From positions 64,001 through 128,000 of IMG/VR virus record IMGVR_UViG_3300035670_000022: 64,000 nt of DNA; one strand, 5' to 3'. A model generated the notes under the pieces. That model ran no database searches. It was given only the letters and a program-made list of their open reading frames with translations, and was not told the DNA's origin. Below are positions 35,631-44,600 of the stretch, in pieces; within the stretch, counting starts at the first letter, position 1, and the number at the start of each line of letters is the position of its first letter. Origin of the DNA: a virus. The position numbers and the translations under genes are program-made.

Positions 35631-38600
35631 TAATCCTCGCCCTGCTCTATAGGTAGACTCTCTTCTTCTTCCAGCATACCTTCGGTAATCATGACGCGTT
35701 CAACTGCTGACAGGCTAGTATTATCGTCGTCGAACATAAAGTCACCTTCTGCTAGGATCGCCTCGAGAGATTCACCGGTATAGCCATCTGTGATGTCTAT
35801 ATCTTCTCCGTTGATTGCTTCTGCAAGTGCTCTTCTTGATGCGGCAATGACATTATCTTTGACATTACTTACTGCCTGCACTGTCAGATCAAAAGCGGCG
35901 TCGTAGGTAAAGTCTGTTCCGGTAATTGGACGCTTGGTAACTACATTGGCTAGCGCCATACCTACAACCCCTCCCATTACTTCTAGTGCTCCCCTACCTA
36001 GGACACTGTCATCTCTTAGCAGTCTAGTGTTTTGCGCGAATTGGGATGAGGCATAGGCACCAGCTGTGTTCAATGCTTCAAACGCGACGGACTGAGCCAA
36101 CCCGGCTGGTTTACCTTCGGCACTAAACATGAACTCTCTAGCTCTAGCGACCCTTAACAGGTAGTTGGCTCTTCCTGTATTTCTCTCTGCGTCTTCCTGC
36201 TCTTTTTCTAAGTAGGAAGTTTGAGTCGGCTTTTCATCAACATCTGGTTCTATCGTTTGGGCTGTTCTAGCTGCAGTGCGGCGCTGCCGTTCAGTCCTTA
36301 CTGTATCTCGTGTTAACGGCTCGTCAGGAGATATCGTGACTGGATTCTCTACTTGTCTGTTAGGGGGTCTTAAAGTTTCTGCTAACACTGTGCCGCTACC
36401 CTCGCCGCTTAAGATTCTTTGAGTAACGCTTCCCTGTTGTTGACTTAAAGTTAAAGCGGATTCAATCATATTTCGAGCCAGCTCAGCTACTCGATCAGTT
36501 ATAGGTACGTCGCCGCTCATGACACTAAAAAGAAGTGGAACGGCTAGTAGGGACAATGTGTTGCTACGCACCTGTTTCTGGTAAGCCTCTTCTTGAACCT
36601 TTGTTATATTCTGAGACTTCTTCTGCATATGCTGCGCTTTGATACTTTCTGCTACATTCTTCCCAATCTGCTCTTGAACGTCGTTCAGTGCTTGCGCTAC
36701 TGGGTCGAAGTCTTCGTTAAGTCGGTTGACTGCCTCTTGCGGGTTGGACTGTACACTCTCTAGACGTTTTTGTCTTTCTTCCCTATATCGTTTGATTACA
36801 TCAAGGGTCTCAGATGCCTCTTCGTCTGAGGCGCCTTCCTGGATGCGCTGCCGCGCTTCAAGTTCTAGGTCATTTAAGGCAGCTAGTTCCTGTTGTATTT
36901 TGCTAGAACTGGCACTGACCACACTTTTCTCTGCAATTATTTCTGCTACAGACTGTCTCTGAGTCGCTCCTGTTTCAACTTGTGTTGTTAAAATTTCTCC
37001 CAGAGTAACCAAAGACTGTCTTACTAACTCGTCTGCTCTTGATGTGTCCCCACCGGCTCTTTCTTGAGCCTGTTGTTGGATGAACTCCATTAAACCAGGC
37101 AGAGATGTACCGCCTCCAACTGCTAGTAAAGCACCTACTGCTTCTGCAGACCCACCTACGCTTTGAACTTCTGTCGCTAATCGGAAGATACTTTCGTTAA
37201 ACGTCGTACCTTCTAGTTTGCCCCTAGAGATGTTGTATAAAATTGCTGTTTGAGCAATTTCATATTGTTGGGCTGTTCCCGGTGTCGCATATTGTCCGCT
37301 CTGTAGTCCTTGTACCGCTCTATTTAAGGAGATTAGCTGGTCAAATAATCCAGCCTCTGTATCTGTCCCCACGTATATCTGAGCCTCGCGTTGAGTTTGA
37401 TACTCAATCAGAGATCTAAAGACCTCTTCGCCTAGTGTTGTGTTCGCATTACTGTCTGCTCTTGTTGCTGCGGCAGCAATAACGTCTCTTACTCGTTCTT
37501 GTTCTGCTCTCCAACTTTGAGTCCTACTGTTTATGTCTGCTTCAACGTCTTTGGTAAGTTGACTAGCACCATCTGGCATTTGCTGCTCATATATTCCTCT
37601 TAGCGTCTCTTCATAAGCAAGCGTTCTTGTTCGTAGATTTTCCTCTGAGTATCCGTCTTGTAGACGTTCAGCAAATTTCTGCAGCATTGGTTTGTAGTCT
37701 GCTGCTTCCAGCACGGCGTTATAAATGAACTCGCTTCTGAATTTTGCCAGACTATCAGCCAGGGTGGTTTGAACAATAAACTCGTCAGTCGGAATCGGTC
37801 TATCTGGATCTTGCTCTATCATCTGTTCCTTTCTCTGTCTAAAGAAACCAGCAAAGGTGCTTTCTTTTAGCATCTCTGTCGCTGTTTTCTTGCCGCTCAG
37901 ATACTCGTTGACCATTTCTAGTGCTGCAAAGACTCGCAACTCTGAAGTGTCTAACTTGTTGTCGCTCACAACGACCTTTCCGTCTTCTTTAAATTCAAAC
38001 CCGTAGTCTTGTGCTAAGACAGCCCCGGCTCTCGTACCTATGAAGCGTTCCATTACTTTAGACCGCTCTACTTCGTCTACGGTATTCATAATTGTGTCTA
38101 GTCCAACTAACGTCTTTCTTTCTCCTGATTGGGTCTCATAGGTATACTCAAATTCTGCAGCCTCCAAGGCAACAGACCCACCTTTCTTCGGTTTTAAGGC
38201 GGCGTCCCGCAGGAATTGTTGAACATCTAACAGTAAACCAAAAGTGGCATTAAGGCGCTTCTGTGTTTCTGCTTCGGCAATTTTATAGGGGACGGTTTGC
38301 TTGTCTTGATATTTTTGGAGCAGGTCATTAAAGATATCTAGCTGTGTTTGCGCCGCTGTTTGTTCTTTTGCTGTTTCTGCATTTTGCAGTCTTTGTCTTA
38401 GCACTAGCTGTTGTCGTTGCAGCGCTTCTACAAATGCTGTACCCATCTTGTCGTCTGTCCCATCGGCCGCCTCTTTCATTGCTCGCATAGAGGCTAGGTC
38501 TGACACTGCCATGCCTAATAGAGGCACCACTGTGTTGTATGTTTTACCAAGTAGTCCTGTACCTGTAGACCCAACGATGGCTTGGATGTTAGCAAAGGCG

Positions 38601-41600
38601 GAGGTGTTTAGTAAAGAACCAGCGACTTTGCTACTTACCTTACCTAAGTCTCCTAACGCTGCCAGTCTTTGACTCATTAAGGCGCTAAACTCAATTAACT
38701 TTTGGCTTTTCTCTTTGATTGATGCTTGGTTAAAAGACCGTAGCTCTGCGTCTGTTGAGTATTCGATAAAGTCTTTACCTACTTTATTGAGTGTCTCTGT
38801 ATATGCCTGCTGCAGTTTATCATCGGCGGCACCTTCTCTAAACGTGATTCCTATATCTTGATTTAAAGTGATATCGCTGACTGTTGCTAAAGCTCGTCCC
38901 AAAGATGATTGGACTTTATTTTGATTTCCATAGAAGTTAGCCTGCGTGTCTCTAGACTGTTTAATTAGAGACGGAATATCTTCATCAGTGATTGCGCCCA
39001 CTCCGTAGGAAAGTCCTTCCATAAACTCAGCAGGTAACGCCATAAAGTCAGTAATGTAGTTACGGACTTTTTCGACACCTCTGTTTTCTACTTCTTGTCG
39101 GAGTTCAGCTAAGACTTCTAACTTCTCTACATAGTCGTTGATTGTTTGTGTCAGTTTATTCAAAGATCGGGTTTGAGCGCCTACCGCAGACATTCTGATA
39201 ATGCTGTGTGGCGCATCTTGGTTTTCTTCTGAGGCATAGAATTCTGCCTCTGCTTTTTTGACTTTGTCGAAGGCGTCAACAACTTCTCTTGTTGAGTCAG
39301 CCATTTTTGTAAAGGCTGCTTGGAAACTATCCCCGTCATAGTCCCCTAACTGGGTGAACTGGAATCCTAAGGACGAGATGAACATTCCAGTGTTTGATGT
39401 TGCTAGATCAGGACTTTGTAAACTGCCGAACAGCTTGGCACGTTTAGCCATCTCTTCAGGAGATATCTGTTGATGAGCGTTCCCAAAAGTATGGAAGGTA
39501 CCGCTAGGAGCCCCCTGTCTGTTAGCAGTTACCATGCTGCGGAATACCACCGATTCAAGTTGTTTATATCCGTCGTCTGTTGGCTCCCCTCCTATATCAG
39601 AGATCAGCGCTTCTTTTAGATCCTGCCCACGTACATAGCGACTTCTAGGCTCTTCTCTTGGTTTTGCTGCATTCTCACTTTCGACAGCTCCTGCTGCCTT
39701 TTTAGCGTTTGCTGCTTCTTCTGCTGCTTGAGCCGCCTGTTGCTCTTTTTGGAAAACAGGTTCTTTAACTCGTTCTAGTAAATCTTCATAGCTAAACGTT
39801 TTAGCATCTGGACCCTGAATCACATCCGACAGGTTTTGCAGAATATTTGCGGTTAGCTGCGCATATTTAATGGTGCTCTGTACAATTCGGTTTTGGCTGT
39901 TTGGGTCAAGTATCAAGTCGTTGACTAGTCGCTGACGATCTTCTCGAAGTCGGCTTATTTCTGCGGATGACTCTGGGTCTGTAGCTGCGCTCAACTCTGC
40001 TATGCGATTATCTATTCTGACTGTTTCAGAAGACACTGCTTTTTGATGACTGTCTATTAAACGATCAACAATCGTGTCCATCAGCGTTCTAAGCCCAGAG
40101 CCGCTATTCTCTTTGAGAAGTGTATCTATTCTTGAGCCTAACGCTACCTCTGACTGACCGACTAAGAAACTGTTCATCGCAATAAACGAAGATCCTGTCA
40201 GACTTAGACGATCTGCCATAGTTTGTCTAAAGGTGTCTTTGTTTTTGGACAGATGTAATGTTTGCTCTTTTGCTATCTCAGCGCTATTAACTAAGGTGTT
40301 ATACACGTCGAGCTGCTCAGCGGATAAGTTAACTTCACGTCTTTCCATAACAGCTTGAGCCATTTCTTCAAACAGACCCGTGTCGTTTGCTCTAGCTAAA
40401 CTGTCCGCTAAACCATATTGGGCTCTTAAAGCCTCATGGGTGTGTCCTGGAAATACTAAAGACATTCTCTCTAGAACGTCTAGTCCTAGCATCCAGCCTT
40501 CAATCTCAGTTTCAGGCATGATTTGCGCTTTGTATGTTCCTTCATCTGTTGGACTAGGCTGTATTTGCAGCACAGGAATCGTGACACTGTAGGTTTTGTC
40601 CACGGAGTCGATAATGGAACGTGCTCTAGACTGTTCCTCTGTTGTGCCTAGTCCTGCTTCTAAGAACTGTCTGGCATACTCTCTTAACTTTTGCTTTCCT
40701 TGAATATATTCTTTACCTGGGTCTATATCCGCAGACTGCTTAAGTTTGGTATCGACTTCATTTTTAATTAGGTTATACAGAAGTCTCTCTTGGATCTCCG
40801 GCGCATCTTTAATATATGCAGATACTCGCTCTTCGATGCTCGTTAGATTGTTGATAAGAGTAGAGGTTTCGGAAAGTGTTTGAGACGCGGTTAGTCCTGT
40901 TTGTGTCTTGAGGACTTCTTTGAATTTCTCTCTCAAAAGAAGCTGTACGAAAGCCGTACGCTTTGTATCTGCTGAGAGTCTTGTCAACTCTACTTCTGAC
41001 AAGGAGCCCGTTCCGTCTCCTAACACTAGAGCCATCTCAGTAAATCCTAAACTGGCTAGCTCTAATTGATCTTCAACCGGTAGGGAGCGGATGGTTCCTT
41101 TTTGCTCTTTAACAATTTTAGCTATATCCTCTTTTGTAGCGTTATCTGGAACGGCTATTTTTCTGGATTTAAGAATGGCGATCGCCCGCTTAGTTGTGTC
41201 AGGACTTAATTTGTCTGCCCAGTTTTCAATAGTTGCATCTGCTTCAGTAACCCCGGGGTCATTTTCAATGAGGGAGCTACTAAACATAGCTGCTTCCACC
41301 TCTTGTAGAGAACTCAGCTGACTTAGGGCTCTGTCTGTTATACCGCTTAGTAAATCCTCTACTTGCCCACCGACTATAGTCTCGGAGTTTTTGAGACGAC
41401 GTAAATAGTCTTTTGTAATAGCTCTGGCTCTTTCTGTTCGATCTAAGTTAGTTCTATCGCTAGAGACTCGTCTAGACCACTCCATTTGTTGAAGAGCAGA
41501 TTCATATCCTTCTGCATCGCTGCGGATAAACTGAAAGAAAACTTCTTCTGCCGGAGCGATATCTTTAGCTCGGCTGCTTACATATCTAGGAAAGACGTTG

Positions 41601-44600
41601 TCTCTAGATCGAGCAGTAAAGTCTCCGTAAGACTGGCTAAAGGACAGGCTGAAGACGTTTGTCTCTACCTCTTGCTTGATTGCACGCCGCATTCTGTTAC
41701 GTCTAGCTCTATCTCCGGCGGTTTGTGCATCGATTCCTGACTCAGATTCGTTTTCTAAGTCGGTGTAGTTTTTGTACCCCATTAAGATAGCGTTGGTTCT
41801 TCTGATGCTGTACATCTCGCTGACGTCTGATTGGTCTAGAGTTGTGCCTAGTCCTTCTTGCAGCATGCTGCCCAGAATAACCATGGTCTGTTGTAAAGAC
41901 CTCGCTTTTTCTTTATCATCTCCGCTGTATGTATATAGCTGAAGCTGCTTATCAGTTAGAGCATTTGCGTAATGTCCTTCTAGAGCAGTGGTATCTTCCA
42001 TACCTGTCGGCACGGTGATTTTGTTGATGGTCATGTCAAAAGGCAGAGCCATTCTTAATCCGAACTGCCCCAGACCTCGCATCATTGTCAGAGTATTTTG
42101 CAGCTCGTTTTGTAGTGTTTCTAGCTCTGACGCTTCGGTATCTGTTCTAGAAGACTTGTCTTGCAGCTTCCAGATTCTTTCTATAGAAGGCATTTCTATC
42201 CCTAAAGCTAGGGTTTGCTGACGCACAGCTTTTCTGTATACGTTTGCCTCTTTGCCGTACTCTTGGTCTCTATAGAGTAAAAGACTCTCTGCGTCTAGTC
42301 CTCCATAATTCATAAAGATCTCAGTCAAATTCTTTCTAATTCCAGGAGTATAGGCTTTACTCATAAACAGATCATTCTCAACGCCTGCGGCATTCATGAG
42401 CCCCTCTATCGACTTATCCTTAAAGTCAATCGCCGTGTCGCTCATGTAGGCGATCGACTGCTTTTTCATTTCTTCTAGGCTTGATATCTTTCTTTCATGG
42501 ACGGCTTTTTGCATGGGATTTAACTGTCCTTTTTCGTTTTCTATGCCGAGTATGATTTTGTTAAAGACCGTGCTTATCTCTCTGTCGACTTTTCTAGCCA
42601 CTTCTTCGTTCTTTAGATAGACCCCAAAGAAACCGTCTGTGTTGTACGCAATTTCTGTCACTGCTTTTCCTAACAAGCGGCGTTCCGGATTGATATCAGT
42701 TAATACGTCTTTTGCTGCATTTAGGAAGAAGGCCATTACGCTGGCTGATCGAGACTTGGTCTCGTCGTAGTAGTAACCTCCATCAGGCATCTGTTTCCCA
42801 TACTGGTCTCTAGTCGTTTTAAAGAGATTTTCTGTTTTTTGTGCCAACTTAGCTCTGGCTGCATCACCTTCTTTTCCTGCTTTTAAAGCGGCGCCTATGG
42901 TATCTATAAGTGCTTGCTCTGGTGTCTTGCCACTTTCAACTTCTCCTTCATCTACAAGACTCATTATCCCTTCGTATACAGCTATAGTAGGCGCGAAGTC
43001 TCTTTGCAGTTTATCGCTTTGGTTTTTCTGCGCCAGGTTTTTAGCTGATGCTGTTCCTTCTACTATCAGTTTTAGTGCTGATTGGGCTTGTCTTCTGTTG
43101 CTAATAGCGCCGCGCTCATAGGCCCCTTTAAGCAAAGCAGATATCTTATTCGTTTCTGTAGCACCACTTGTTGTGTCTCCTAGCATCATCAAGGATAATG
43201 CCTCTGCAATTTTGTATCCTGCTGTCTGTTGATCCGTATCTGTTATCATCTTCCAGGTGTTTGACTTTTCGCCTTCACGTAGAAAGCCTAATCCAGCCTT
43301 AAACACAAAGCCTTTCATCTGCCCCATAGTTATGGCTGCAAAAATCTCTTTGCCGGTAATCTCAGTTGGCAGATTTTCATAGCCGACTTCTGAGCCGTAT
43401 ACGGCTCCTATTTCAAGAAAGTAGTCTCTATTCGTTCCTTTAAACGGACCTTTAGCCTCTGCCGTCCGCTGGCCTGTTTTGAGATCCGCAATATTTACCA
43501 TCTCTAAGTTATAGGTCACCATGTTTGACCTTAAATCCTGCTCACTAGACGTTGGCGTCTTATACAGGTAACTGATGGCATTCATCTCTCTTCCGCTATA
43601 AGCCGGGGCTTTAACCCTAAAGGGTTGGATTCTAGACTTCTCTCCTAGACTTGTATAAGTATTAATACCATCTATGTAAAAGGCGTTCTCGCCGTCATTC
43701 AGGCTGCCTATTTTTTTAAGCCATCCATCTGTAGATGACTTCATTTGATAAACGCCTTTCTTGAGAACGAAGCCTCCTTCTCTAAAATCTACAGCTTCTG
43801 CAAAGGAAACGGATTTATGCCCCTCTTGACTAAGTCGACGCATCTCTTTAAGCGCCTTCTTGATATCTGCCGATTTGAGATTCTCCATTGAGAAGTCTTT
43901 ATCGATGCTGTATTGCATCTCACCTATATCACTCGTGAGTTTTATGAAAGTCAGCACCTTATTTTCTAGTTGTCTATTTGTCTCGCTAAGGTGAGGCGCG
44001 TCTTGTAGTTTTACGTCTCTAGCTACAAAGATAGTTCCCACTTGTAATTTTTCCCGTATGAGCGCATTAAACTGCGCCGGGGTCATATTCATCTCTTTAG
44101 TAGATAAAGCTGTTTGAGACCGGTAGGTTTTTAAATAGGCATTTTCATTCGAGTTTGCATACTCGGTGTTGAGATAGCTGTAATCAGACATCTCGTTGAT
44201 GCCCATATTGACCATTACAAGTTTGGGAGCCTCTATGAAACCCTGAGTCACTTCATCTGTATCTATGGCGATACTACGGGCATACTTGACTATGTCCGCG
44301 TCTGGATTCTCCATTTGGTATTTTTTCAACAGCTCAAATTGAGCCGAAGGCAGACCGAAGGGTATTACCCCTCCTACAAGATCCGAGCCTTCTATATCTA
44401 TACCCGCCTTAGCCGCTTCTTGGGTCTTCTGCATAAATCCACTTTCATCTTCAGCCCCAAAAGAGCGTAAGAAAGAGGCAAAGTCTAGGTTTGCAGGTAG
44501 AAACGGTCTGACTGACTTTAAGTTTTTAAGTCGTTGTATGTTTTGCTCAGTTTTGTCATAGGGGGTGTAAAGCATAACTGCCTTTTGTTTAACCCGATCC